From Balanoglossus misakiensis (lineage: Eukaryota; Animalia; Hemichordata): a stretch of 64,000 bases of DNA. Positions 27,631 to 41,421 of the stretch are shown here, in pieces; the first letter of the stretch is position 1, and every line of letters starts with the position of its first letter. A program made the translations under genes and the position numbers. The stretch is from positions 7,006,001 through 7,070,000 of the forward strand of contig CM082590.2 in assembly GCA_040954595.2 (NCBI GenBank), in the 5' to 3' direction. Below the pieces are notes generated by a model. That model was not told the DNA's origin, did not search any database, and saw nothing but the letters and a program-made list of their open reading frames with translations.

Positions 27631-27965
27631 TACAGTGGAACACCGATTATCCGAACGCTTTGGTACGGTCCCGGGTACGGTCCCCGAACATTTAATTAGC
27701 CATGCCAAGCACCTGTTTTCTCAGCGGTCTGTGACATTTCCGCAGGAAAACTGACATTTCAGACAGTTTTCTTTGTTCAGTTCTATTTGTTTATGTTGTA
27801 AAGGGCAGCGGAACGTGTGAAGAACGTCTTTATCGTTGAATATTTCAATCATGGTTTGGCCTATTTCCTTTGTTCAGACGTGCCAAAATCAATTATCCGA
27901 ACAATCAATTATCCAAACAAAATCTAACCCGCCCAACAGGTTCGGATAATCGGTGTTCCACTGTA
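27631..27965. mobile_element. pogo/Tigger-like MITE TA|CAGTGGAACACCGATTATCCGAAC...|TA inserted in a (TACA)n tract
   Basis: TIR of about 24 bp with TA flanks. Related shorter element at 41164-41325 (CAGTAAAACTCCAATTATCCGAA). Confidence 0.75.
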
Positions 27966-28212
27966 CATACATAAACACGTAGATACACATACATACGTAT
28001 ACATACATACGTATACATACATACATACATACATACATACATACATACATACATACATACATACATACATGTACATACATACATACATACATACATACAT
28101 ACATACATACATACATACATACATACATACATACATACATACATACATACATACATACATACATACATACATACATACATACATACATACATACATACAT
28201 ACATACATACAT
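27965..28212. repeat. (TACA)n microsatellite; others at about 23408-23492 and 28880-29085
   Basis: Direct reading of the sequence. Confidence 0.95.
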
Positions 28213-28289
28213 ACTATATCAAGTGAAACTTGTTGTTTTAGAGTAGAGGAAGCTGCAAACAACTACATGTAACTTACTTCTTATCTAGT

Positions 28290-31200
28290 CTAGTAAGCCC
28301 TCAGGGCAGCAAAAACCATGGCCAGTGTCATGGTCAAGCATGCTGAAACAGCACTGACACCTACAAAAGAAAATAATGGAAAATTCTCATTAAACAACTG
28401 CATGGGGAAGATACTCTGCTGGGATTACCCATTCGTATTCCGGTCAAATATATAGAATTTACATGGTCAGTTGCAAAGACAATCAGTCACAAAACTTTAC
28501 AGCACGCACAGCACAGAACAATCGTCAAAACACACGGAACAAAGTCCAGTCTGTGACAGGAAGTTATATGAATTTCCGGTTAAGAAAGCCCAGGAAGTGA
28601 CGTCACACATTTCGAAAATAGTAAGTGTACCCTGCCCCACATGTTACACCCACCCCTCGTCAAAGTCACATGACCAAGGGTCATCACCATTAGTTAATCA
28701 CAAGACATTTCTTCAACATGGTGTGAGTTTAAAACATGCGTCCGTACCTAATTCAGACCAGTGTATGTATTAAAAAATCACTTACCACTTGCGGTTGTAG
28801 GTTCCGCTGTTTAAGAAATAATAAATAAATAAATAAATACATAGATAAAAAAATACATTATTTCATAAATACATTCATAAATACATACATACATACATGC
28901 ATGCATACATGCATGCATGCATACATACATACATGCATGCATGCATGCATACATACATACATACATACATACATGCATGCATGCATGCATACATACATAC
29001 ATACATACATACATACATACATACATGCATACATACATACATACATACATACATACCATGCATACATATATGCATACATACATAAATCAATGAATCAATC
29101 AATCAAAGAATCAATAGATAAATAAAATTATCTTTCCCTGTATTTTTCTCTTTTCAAATATGACTTTCAGTCAAATATTGACCAATATGAATGATTTAAA
29201 GTAAAATTGTCTATGTTTAACTTTTCCGGCAATGATACACTGTATGTATTTCAGAAATTATTCTTTTTAATTCCAGTAGGTCGAGCAGTTATCCCTATGT
29301 AGTTGTGGTTAAATTTGATCAAGTGTTTAGTCGACAAAGAAATAATTTCGGTGGTAATAGGATTTCGGTAAGATTGAAAGAGCGCCACCAGTCGATGACG
29401 TGTTTTTTCTTACCATAGCCGGTAGGCATCATATCCTCGGTTGTTGGTGGAAGGGTGGCTGCAACAGGAAAGAACAATGCATTTTATTGTATAGATCAGT
29501 GAATATTTAAAGGGACAAAGTCTCTCTCCAGCTGCCCCTTTTTCATTAATTATGTTTGATACAAGACACTGGTTATGTTAATGTAAATGTGGATATATAG
29601 TGAATCAATGATCAACCACACAAAACTTCCATCCCACTTGTATGATATGAGAGTAAAAACTCGCCCAAAATGAATAAATGGTAAAGAACGATTATTCATT
29701 CTGGCGAGTTTTTTCACTCTCCTGTCTATAAGAGGGATGGAAGTAATGTGTGTGGTTGAACGTTCATTCACTATATATCCACATGTAGAACAACAAACGG
29801 TGTCTTGTATCAAATATAATTAATGGAAAAAGGGGCAGTGAGAGAGAGACTTTGTCCCTTTAAAATAAATTGATATTGGGAGTACGCGATATTGGTGATG
29901 GCCACCTATGCAAATTTAACCTTTGTTACCATGGGGAAATGAAATGTAGCAAATCACTGATTTTCAGTGAATGACACACACATAAAAAAGTGCCACCATA
30001 TGTTCATTCGAAAATTTAGACACCTTTTGACATATGTGGACATATGCAAACTACGGTGTCCGTTTACGTTTTGCTTTATAAATTCTCGTATTTAAAACTC
30101 AATTAGCTGTCAAGCCCTTGTTTACAATATCAGTAAATGCCCGAGATAAAATGTCATATTTGAAGGTACTGTAAAACATTTTATTTTCGCGAGCAATTCG
30201 CCAAATACGCGAGAGCCAAAATAGCGTGAAAATAAAAAGTCACGTAAATTGTTTTTGAAGATAACGATGCAGTGAATGAAATAAGAGAACGCGAAAATTA
30301 ATACTCGCGAAACAGTGGCCTCTCTCGATATCGCAAAAAATTTAACTCGCGAAAATAAAGTCTTTCACAGTATACAGCCACCACTAATTAACATATGCAA
30401 ATTTCTGTCAAGATGTATACATGTACTTACTTGCATTTGCCAAGAGCATGAATGCGAACAGGGAGATGAGGAAAACTGCTGACCTGAAAATGAGAAAAAA
30501 AAGGTAAAATTAGACAAACATTTTAGAAAAAATCCCTATTATTGACTATGAAATGTTAGCTGGTTTGGGTGGAACGGTATACAATAGTGTAGTTTTATTA
30601 CTACAGAAAATGTTCATGATTCAAGCGAATGGCTATCGACGGTCCACTTCCATCCCATAATATGCACTCTCTTGAAATGGGTTGTACAGGGCACTAGTCT
30701 AAATTGTATGGACAACATTGGTTGAGTAGGTGGTGAGCACTTTGTTATGCAAAAAAACAAAAAAAAACTAGAAAATTTGCAAGATTTGTCCTTCTAATTC
30801 ACGACGATTAAATTAACACAATTACAAATGGATCCTTATTATAATCATATCATTTTCACCTTGCTGGGGAAAAATAAAGTTCAACAAACAGTATTTTTGA
30901 GTGGATATCTTGACCAGGCGCAAGCTAGGTGAAGTTTGGCAGACGTAGGGGAAAACCATTTGATTTCTGGGGATTGGATATTTGGAGAAAAAAGGTTGGC
31001 TGTTGGCAGATGGTGACGAGGAAAATTATTTTCGCAATGCCTTAAAGAAAGAGGGACTGGTTATCGAATAAAAAACTGCTATAACATGGGCTGAAACTTT
31101 GTTAACTGATTTAACCAGATCTTGTACCATCCCAGAAATCAAATGGTTTATCTCTTTGGGTAAAATCTCTAACCTACGCCCTCCCTCTCATGGAATCTGC

Positions 31201-31585
31201 ATCTAACCTCTCTGGGACAACCCTTATTCCTATCAAGACCTAGATCTTGTCGTTTGTGACATGACACTTGGACCAAGGGAATGAAAACGGAAGCTAGACT
31301 CCAACAGTCGTTGTGAATGCTCTAAAAATTGACAGCCTCGGCGCGCTTGGCCCTCAGGGGTTACATAAGGGAGAGAGTGGTGTTCTCATCGTGACATTGC
31401 CGTGAGAAATCGACGTCCACCACGTGCCCCGAAAATCTGACTTCAATCACCGAATTCTCCTTCCGCAGTATATAAATAATCCCTGGCCGGTTTGCCGCGT
31501 GCGTACCAGGCTCTAGTGTTGTCACTTTTATGCAGTGTTAGCGCCAATAAAATGAAAAAGTAAAAAATACATATACTTACTTCAT
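28290..31585 (-). CDS. Small secreted/GPI-anchored Thr/Pro-rich peptide, paralog A (64 aa), micro-exon gene
   Basis: Exons 31585-31581 (ATG AA|gtaagt), 30483-30431, 29458-29414, 28806-28786 and 28360-28290 (TAG), all GT-AG and phase-compatible. Product: MKSAVFLISLFAFMLLANA-TTLPPTTEDMMPTGYAEPTTASG-VSAVSACLTMTLAMVFAALRAY. Donor 12 nt after the stop; probable 3'-UTR exon from 27236 with ATTAAA at 26730-26725. Confidence 0.82.
29507..29863. mobile_element. About 350-bp palindromic MITE family TTAA|AGGGACAAAGTCTCTCT...AGAGACTTTGTCCCT|TTAA (Kolobok-like termini)
   Basis: Long TIRs and TTAA target duplication. Other full or partial copies at about 4433, 7240, 9309, 9769, 12233, 14298, 32328, 36564-36907, 43656-44003, 54443-54710 and 60952. 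Confidence 0.85.
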
Positions 31586-31674
31586 GGTGTCTTTTGGATG
31601 GTTAGTTACTGGCTTCTTCGTGTGTTTCTTTATGGGTGGCTAAATGAAATGTGGCTACACGCTTGTGAAGCGCG

Positions 31675-31776
31675 CTCTTATAGCGTCCCACGCTGTCACA
31701 TGTTCGCTTCCTGCCTTCCTATTGGTCCCACCTGTTGCTATGGGCGTTCCTGAGAAACAGCGACGGCCGTGATTGG
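31675..31776 (-). promoter_or_regulatory. Pol II core promoter of paralog A: TATA-like box plus two CCAAT boxes
   Basis: Minus-strand TATAAGAG at 31682-31675, about 90 nt upstream of the ATG. CCAAT at 31725-31721 and 31776-31772. Confidence 0.55.
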
Positions 31777-33159
31777 TCGGGTGCTCATTTTGAAGGACAG
31801 GTGCTGTGGTCTCTTCGTCATGGTTTTTTCTCTGTTGCTGAAAACAGGGGAAAACACTGTCCCTGTTTCTTGGCGACCGCTTCGATTGTTTGGCATTGGT
31901 CTGCAAAAACACAGACTGACCTCGCGCCGGGGATCTCGATTATTCCCAACATCGTCACGCTGAAATTAGTCACTAGGTTCTGCTTAAAAAAAATTCACAA
32001 GCGTTTCTTCGTTCTGTTTCAGTGGAATCCCAAACTAGCTTTTAGAAGTGGGGTGAAGTTACGTTTGTTCAGTATAGAATCGTGGCAATTTCAAATGCAG
32101 GGACACTTGACATATTTGAGGCTAAGTCAGTGAAATGAGATCACGAACTCTCAAGGTCAACGTTACAATAAGGCTGGGAGCCATGGCAACACCATGCCTT
32201 TGTTTGACCACTCAAATCCACGACATGTTCAATGACCGCACTCTGATAGTGATACATTCACCATCAGGCAGAAAGTGCAATTCAAGAGTATGAAAACAAG
32301 AAGCATAGTCATACCAGTACAATGTCATTAAAGGGACAAAGTCTCTCTCTCGCTACCCGTTTTCCATTAATTATGATTGATACAAGACACCGTTAATATT
32401 AACGTGTATGTGGATATATTGCTCCCATGAAAGTTCCATTCCTTATCGACAGGAACAGCGACTACCACAGAGTCTAATATTGAATCAACGTTAGACCACA
32501 CACACCTTCCATCCCACTTGTAGACATGAAAGTGAAAATAACTTGCCAAAATGAATAATCGTTTTCTACCATTTATTGATTTTAGGCGAGTTTTTACTCT
32601 CATATCCTACAAACGGGATGGAAGTTGTGTGTGGTTGAACGTTGATTCACTATATACACATACATAATCGGTGTCTTGTATCAAACATAATTAATGGAAA
32701 TGGGCAGCGAGAGAGAAACTTTGTCCCTTCAATATTTACAGGAGTCTGTCAAACAGAACAGATCTTAAGAGCAACTCCCCACACACGATTTCCCTCGTAG
32801 ATGTCAAACAAATTCAATGGACGACATTTCCTTACACACAGGTAAATGACCTCAATTCAAGAAACGACCCCCTCATGGATGATTGAATATGTATAATAGC
32901 CAAATATATAATACATGTACTGGTTTTCCCACGCAACAAAAGTTAGATTAAAAGTCTGTGTCAAACGACATCAATTATCTTTCGAACGGCATGAAGCTTA
33001 AAGTGAACGATGTCAAAATTTGGCAATTTTCTTCTAAAACTACTAGAGGAATTTCAGCCCTGAAATGTGGAGGTTTTAGACACATATCGTTTAATTAAGA
33101 AACTTGAACAGAACTAATGTTTGCAATGGTATAGTCTGTAAAACTATACAAAGTAATAA

Positions 33160-33288
33160 GAGAGGGGGAAGGGGAGGGAGAGAGTGTGTGTGAGAGTGAG
33201 AGGGGGGAGTGAGAGAGAGAGAGAGGGGGGGGATTGAGAGAGAGCGAGAGAGACAGAGAGACAGAGAGAGGGGGGATTGAGAGCGAGC

Positions 33289-33320
<32 letters not shown>

Positions 33321-33390
33321 CAGAGAGCGAGAGACAGAGAGACAGACAGAGAGTGAGAGAGACAGACATACAGACAGGGGGAGAGAGAGA
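33160..33390. repeat. (GA)n/(GACA)n low-complexity tract; another at about 51160-51320
   Basis: Direct reading of the sequence. Confidence 0.9.
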
Positions 33391-35819
33391 TATATTGACT
33401 GATTTCGTCTCATCCCCCATTTCCATTCCGCATCAGAACAGATGGGACAAAATTGACCAAATCGACTTTGGGCGACGCGCACCAACGCCCTTGAGCTAGT
33501 TTCGACTTGCCTCCCCTTTCATCTTTGTACCTTTTGAAATCGAGGACAAAATCTCTTTCTCACGCCGCCCACTGTACATTTTACAATGTTGACTCAGGTA
33601 CTCACTACTTAGCTGATCTTTATATTACATCGCAGAAGAAAAATAAAACAGGTCACACAGGATTGGAAATTGGAATTAGGACAAAACGCTTTTATGACAA
33701 CAGTAAAGCTCGGATAATTTGGGTGTAAATTCGCCTCCAGAACACAACTTGCAGAAAGCTTCACAAAAAGCTCGGCAAATGCAATATAAGTTATACAACA
33801 CGGGTGCGCTGTTTGTTTTCATGGACGCTCTTGTTTGCAAGGTAGCAATCAAGGTCCCCTTATATATGTGTTGAAGGACGACTCTCTTAAAGTCAGCAGA
33901 AAATGGTGCATCCATAAGTACTGGGTGACTAATGAGAATACACCGATTGAAGTTTTAATCAAAAATGAATTTATGTTAAGATATAAGATTGAAAAACAAC
34001 TAGATGCAAAAGCTGTGGTGCTAGAAACTTTTCAGAAAATTACGAGTTTGTTGTAATTTTTAACCTCTTCAGGCCCTTGCGACAACTGTCTTTTCTATAT
34101 TTATATAAGCATGTATTTGAGGTGAAGGTTTAAATAAAAGAAAAAAAAAGTCAGCAGAAAATATCCTGTTCGCTATGACTGACCAGTGGAGTTAGCACAC
34201 GAACAAAAGCGCAATGAGCAGCAACATTCGAATTATTTTCACGAGTTGTAATTTCAAGCTGAGATTGGTAGACAAACAGAGTCAGACAGACATGCAGACA
34301 GACAGTCACACAGACAGACACACGTGCAGGCAGATAGACAGACAGACAGGCTGGAGGACAGACCGACAGATAGACAGATAGACAGACACTATGAATGTAT
34401 ATAACTTAGGATAATTGTACAGGCATATACCAGGTATATGCAAGCGATAGCCAAACAGGATAAAAGTATTGAGTTTTATTGACACAGTAAGGACACACAA
34501 ATTGTCGCGAGACAAAGCCGGTCTCCGCGTTCAACAATCGCGACGACAGGACCAGCTCACCGTGATTGTATGACACCACGTGACAGGTCTGTCGCAGTTG
34601 CACCAGACATCTCCAAGGCTGCCGGTATGTGCATTCATGCACTTTCAAGCAAACACGACGATAAAGTTGCTAAGCGACAACACGCCCTTATATTGTCCAG
34701 CGTTCTTTACAGGCAAGTCTTGCAAACAAGCGGATTTCTTTGCGCGGTATATTCACCCGAGCCACTGACTGTCAGACTTCAATTTTTTATTCAGGTCATA
34801 TATACAAAGCAAACCACTCCCAGCTTTTCTCTGTTTCTTCGCGTCCGAATTCTGATTCTGCCGTCGCTGCAACCGATCAAGGACAACAATGTCCAACATT
34901 CTGATTAAAGTCAGATGTAGAGTACGGCGACGTCTTTTACTTATAAGTGGTACGGTATAAGAGAATAGGACCGCACATCGCAAGTAAAAGACGTCGCCGT
35001 ACGCTACATCTGATTTTAAAGGTACACGGTCACCTATGTTAATTTAGCTATAGTTACCATGGTAAATTGAGATCTAGCCAATCACAGATTTTCAGTGGGT
35101 GGCACACGCGAAAAAAAGAGCGCCACCATATGTTCTTTAAAACACTCAAATACACCATTTCATCCATATATAGGCGTATATAAATTGGGGGTGACTGTAT
35201 ACCTTTAATCAGAAATGTCCAGCAATGTCGGCGGGTCACTCAGGCTACCCTTGTCGTGGGAGTGCTGCACTGCCATAAAAAGGTTTACGGGTATGTGCTG
35301 GGTCGCCTATAAATCAGTAAACACAAATAACACGGGTCCAAAATACAGGGCAAGTCCCATACAGGGCCAGAACTTTCGAAAAAAGCCTTCATAGGCAACA
35401 GAACGACTGACTCAAATTTTGGAGTATACATCAATTGACGTTTTGACCTTAGCCGCACACTACACACCTCCATATGCAAATATCTTAATTATTTGAACAG
35501 GTAACATAACCTTGAGATATACAAGGGTTTAAATTTCACTGAGGCTTGGCACGCCCTCGACAAAAACTAATAAAGTACAAAAGTAAAGTTTGCATGAATC
35601 GTTTAAATATACTGTAAAACACATTATTTTCGCAAGCAATTAATTTTCGCCAAATACGCGAGAGCCAAAATAGCGTGAAAATAAAAAGTCGCGTAAATTG
35701 TTTTTGAAGATAACGATGCAGTGAATGAAATAAGAAAACGCGAAAATTAATACTCGCGAAACAGTGGCCTCTCACGATATCGCGAAAAATTTAACTTGCG
35801 AAAATAAAATGTTCTACAG

Positions 35820-36013
35820 TATCTTGCCTGTCAAAAACAAACTTGAAAATGAGATAAAAAGTAGCAATGTTTTGTTTGCCATGTGAAGTGCAGTACTACA
35901 AAGTAACAACCATATTGTTTGCAATACTGTACATTGTAGCAGTTTAACTCTGTGCCTACTTTGACTTGCATGCTGGCAATTGTGTTATATGGGACCCAAA
36001 CCCATACCCGCAA
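35820..36013. repeat. About 190-bp segment duplicated at about 38207-38457 (that copy has an internal tandem duplication of about 55 bp)
   Basis: TATCTTGCCTGTCAAAAACAAACTTGAAAATGAG...GGGACCCAAACCCATACCCGCA occurs at both sites. Confidence 0.8.
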
Positions 36014-39000
36014 GGCCATTTTGTCATAGTATGTTAACGTTAATTTTTTCCTATACTGGTGAGTGAATTTCAAATTTGAGATAATTTTGCAATTGATCTC
36101 ACCTTTCAAATTTTGTACGGCGGCCTCTAACTTTTATTCTCAATTTAAAGACGGAGAGAATTATCTAAAGTTACCCCAGCAAAATTGTGAGACTACTTTA
36201 AGAATTTGATTTGGAAGCGCATACTACCTTAAGCAGGTTTAAACTGGGCGAATTTGTACTGAGATATTTTATGCTTGTTTGGCATTTTGTTGTACCGACC
36301 TCTTAAGTCGTCTATTGTCAAAAGATGTAAAGGTTTTACAAAGTCATACCTGCGGCAAGAGTCAAGCATTGTTCCCAATTACACCCATATATACCTGTTT
36401 ATGTTTTTTATCCTAATCGCTATGACAACTGAAGGTCACGCGTCCTTTTTTCGGTGAGTCATACCACAGTTGTGGTGGTGGTGGGGGGGGGGGTGGGAGT
36501 GAGGGGCAAATATGACACACTGCGACACGGGGTTTCACCATTAAAATCATAAGAAAGGTCTTTTTAAAGGGACAAAGTCTCTCTCTCTCGCTGCCCATTT
36601 CCCAATAATTATGTTTGATACATTTAGACACCGTTTATTATTCTCGTGGATATATAGTGAATCAACGTTCGACCACACACAACTTCCATCCCACTTGTAG
36701 GATATGTAAAAATCTTGCCAGAATGAATAAACAGTAAAGACCTATTATTCATTTTGGCAAATTTGTTCACTCTCGTGTCTACAAGTGGGAGAAAAGTTGT
36801 GAACGTTGATTCACTATATATCCACATGTAGAATAACATAAACGGTGTCTTGTATCAAGCTCAATTAATTGAAAAAGGGCAGTGAGAGAGAGACTTTCTC
36901 CCTTTAACATAAATATAAGCCTATCGTCAAAGAAATATTAAAAAAACAGCTACCACAAATATATCAACAGTTGGAACTTTTCCCTACCATGCAGGTAATT
37001 ACCACACCAAAGCCTTAAGTTCACCAGACCAATTTCTATCGATCATTCTATCAATAGAAATGAGCCAACAAAGGCAATTCATGTTACCATAGACACAAAC
37101 GATTTATTGGCGGATGACGTACACCAACCATTATTCAGAAACGAGATAATTGTACGATGACGAAACCTACTATTATCCAGAACCATTTTCCCACAACATT
37201 TTCATTTTCGCACAATGCTGCAGTCGACCTACACGTATGGCTGTACAAAAGCGAACGACACCGTTTTATATGCAGTCGCCGATCAACACATACTGCATTG
37301 TTTGCCATGGTGACATAAAGAGGCTATTGAGTGCCATGAAGTGGTACACTGCAGATAGCTGGCAGCTAGCCATGAAAAACTCGACAGGTACGGTATGCTT
37401 GGCTTTCGTCCATGACCCGAAGGCTTGATTCCCACTGCTCTACAAGTATATTCTGTTTATGGTAGAAGCCTGGGCGCCTTGAAAACCAAACTTTCTCTCA
37501 AATTTTGCTCTAGAAAGTTTAAGAATAATCTCTCTGAAAACTGAGACTAAAAATTAGGGGTCATATCATGTAAAATTTTGAATGACAGAGAAAAATTGTC
37601 TAAAATTCGAAATGGCCACCAATCTCTGTGGTGACTCTATGGAGACAATTTAAAGTCACAGCCGTTTGATTTTCATGAAAATAAGAATTTGAACTTCCAG
37701 TATTCTACTCTGTTTTCGAAAAGAATCTTAAAGGTATATGGTCACCTATGCAAATTTAGCCACAGTTACCATGGTAAATTGGGATCTAGCCAATCGCTGA
37801 TTTTCAGTGGGTGGCACACGCGAAAAAAAGAGCGCCACCATATGTTTTTTAGAACGCTCAAATACGCCATTTCAGCCATATATGGGCGTATGTAAATTGG
37901 AGGTGCATGACCGTATACCTTTAACATGTCACTTTAATCATTATAATAAAAAAGTGAAGGTTGGGGAACTATCATTTTTCCGAAATTCTGTCCCCGAGGC
38001 ACAATGACTTTAAAACGTCACCAAAAGCATTTGACTCGTATAACGTCACAGCTTAACACAAAAGGCTGCCCTGGGCCGTTAGTACGCACAAGACTGTAAC
38101 CTTGGTTAGTGTAGACCTAGATAAATATCTGTGTCTGTTTGCATTACACGCCAATCCAAACGGCTTAAGTGGTGGAGAGACACACACGATTCTTGTACTT
38201 TTACTTATCTTGCCTGTCAAAAACAAACTTGAAAATGAGATAAAAAGTAGCAATGTTTTGTTTGCCATGTGAAGTGTACTACAAAGTAACAACCATATTG
38301 TTTGCAATAATGTACATTGTAGCAGTTACACTACAGTGTACTACAAAGTAACAACCATATTTTTTGCAATACTGTACATTGTAGCAGTTTAACTCTGTGC
38401 CTACTTTGACTTGCATGCTGGCAATTGTGTTTTATGGGACCCAAACCCATACCCGCAGACGGGACGGCGCCCAACCCTTTAAGTAAATAAACCCAAATTC
38501 CATCAACGATAAGCACACAATACACCAGACGCTTTTAAACCCCATGCGTGGTGCATTTTAACGAAATCATTAATGGAATTAGGTCACACCACTGTGAACC
38601 CACTGACTGAAACAGGCTCACATGGGTTCTGAGCTAAATAATTATTTCTATTTATTGAATGAACAAGAAAAATGCTCAAGAATTCAAAAGATTCACGACA
38701 TGTCCAAAACTATGGAAGAAATGAGAGAAAAATGCATGAAAATGAGAAAATGTTGCACAAACATTTGGCAGGAAAATGCGATTAAAACCTATAGGCAGTG
38801 GGAAATCATGTCTACCTGGTCAAAAACTAAGGTAGAAATGAGAGAAAAATACCTAAAAACTGAGAAAGTTGCATCCTTCTCTAATTTGCTCAAATGCCTA
38901 AGACTTTGAGAGAAATTCACGTAAATATATGGTTATATTTTATAAAATATCATAATAGTCGCCATAAAGCTCACACATCGTAACCAGCTTGTTGAGTATA

Positions 39001-41421
39001 GTAACCGACGAAATGTGCATTTTCATCAGCGTACAGTAAGCATACCGTAAAACACTTTATTTTCGCGAGCAATTAATTTTCGCCAAATACGCGAGAGCCA
39101 AAATAGCGTGAAAATAAAAAGTCCCCTAAATTGTTTTTGAAGATAACGATGCAGTGAATGAAATAAGAGAACGCGAAAATTAATACTCGCGAAACAGTGG
39201 CCTCTATCGATATCGCGAAAAATTTGACTCGCGAAAATAAAGTGTTTTACAGTAGTTGACTTTGTTGCCTGATATCAGATAGTCAATACCTAGCCTTCTC
39301 TCCAGGTGTAATTGAGATCGTGTGTGTAATTTAAACTAAGTAAATAAATGGAACTTAAGAGCCCACCTAACAACAACCTCTGGCTGTGTGACCAGCATAC
39401 ATAAAATATAAACAATATGGCCGCAAGTGGTCATTGACACACTACCTATTACAATGAGTGAAAACTTTATACACACAGGGACTGGGCTGTATACAGACCA
39501 TACTTGCGTGTTTGTTTGATGTCACAGGTATATATGTGCATGTACATCATTCTGAATATCCAATGCACGGGCAACCTTTTGTTTCCCAATAGGGATATTG
39601 TTTATTTCTATTGATGTACCAACGTCAAGAAATCAGATATGGGGTATTAAATGTTTGCGGTAAATCCCCGTGAAGAAAATAGACGCTGGGCGCAAACCCA
39701 GCATTTGCAAGCACCTTCAAAGTCGGACGTGTTGTGAATGATTAGTTTTGAAATAAAATGCAACTTGCACAAGTGGGTTCAGGCTAGTCCAAAATTATCA
39801 CAGAAGTGTCACGGCCTTATCGAAGTTTTCAAACACTGGCGATGGACGCAGAACTTAGATTTGTAAGGTCAACGCAAATTGTAAGAAAACACTAACTACA
39901 AGTTAAAACAGACTTTAAAGGTATACAGTCACCTCCAATTTACACACGCCCATATATGGCTGAAATGACGTATTTGGGTGTTCTAAAGAACATATGGTGG
40001 CGCTTTTTTTTTCGCGTGTGCCACCCACTGAAAATCAGTGATTGGCTAGATCTCAACTTGCCATGGTAACTACAGCTAATTTTCAATAGGTGACCATATA
40101 CCTTTAGCACCAAACGTTCCATAATAGACTATTCTTACACCTATACGTTGCTTTTGATACAATGTACATGTACTAATTTTACAGCTATGCCATACGTTGC
40201 TTTACAGCGCCCCCAAATATATTCCAATAGCATGAACAATTCCTTCGTTTGATATCTGAATGCCCTGATAGATTCTGACGTCATCAGTGTGCTAGATTTA
40301 CATAACAAAGTCCAAATACTAACAAAGTCGGGTTTGACCTCACGAATATGACAACAACATACAAGACGGTCCAGCTGTACTCAATCGATACATCTGAACC
40401 AATGATTGCAGAATCTGTTGCAACAGTACGACACATTTTGTACAACCGCGATCAGGTGAGATTTTTTTTATCTTCACCGATTGTTCAGGCAGTGGATTTT
40501 AACTATACAAGTACAGACAATGAAATAATGGCTGCCTTTTGAGCATGCAACGCCCGTTGCGTTTAGGTAAACGCAGCTGGCCACTATAAACCCAAACAAA
40601 ACGCTCTTTGTAGGAATCAGGGTGTCTACTTGTCACTATCGCCGTCGTGTAACCTTTCTGATCGTCACACCTTTGATATTTTCCACCCGTACATGCAGAC
40701 AATAAAACATCATGGCCTGATGCCGTGTTGTTATTGTTATGTAACTTGTAAGCTAGGCGTGTCAGCTGTGTCAAGGTCATTTGTGTGCCCATACAATTTT
40801 GCTGAATAAAGAGGGTTACAGGCTCTGGGTATTTTGACAATGGCCTCATTAAACCCGCTCTGACCTATATTATGTGTAGGCTTATAGCAACTACTGATTT
40901 ATAACTGTGTGCATCTAAATTACCAGTACATTGTACCACGGTTACTAGTAACCGTGATTGTACCATGGAGGTATGATTGTATTGCAGTGTTCTCCCCAGA
41001 GCAATTAAAGCACGGTGGCCACCACTCTGTAATTTTGAGAAGACAATAGTACTTAATTAACATAACAATTGATTATAGTGTTATTCAAATTAGCCGTCAT
41101 GCTTTCCCTAAATCCTGGGGAGAACACTGTAATACAATAATGGAAACTGTAACTCAAATCAAGTACAGTAAAACTCCAATTATCCGAATTGTTTGGTTAT
41201 CCGAACTGCTGTCATGTCCCCCAAACAGTTCTTTTGTATACAATTGTCATTGTAACCGAACTGTCAGCATATCCGAACAAAATCAATGTCCCCCTGTCAG
41301 TTCGGATAATTGGAGTTTTACTGTATGATTATCCTCTCCACACAGAACAGACCGAGTCTACTTTGGGAGAGATAGGAGAATATGATATCATCGTGCACTA
41401 GGAGTTCAACAAGCAAGGAGT

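Noticed and set aside
27889-29125. ORFs reading MYVCMYVC / HTYIHTYI
   Set aside because: Translations of (TACA)n microsatellites lying in introns of the micro-exon gene.
32700-41340. About 8.5 kb without an identified CDS; searched for a third micro-exon paralog and noted plus-strand donor-like sites (about 36454, 37389, 40456)
   Set aside because: Found no ATG-AA|GT first exon or signal-peptide exon. The donors may belong to TRIM 5'-UTR exons but cannot be supported without transcripts.
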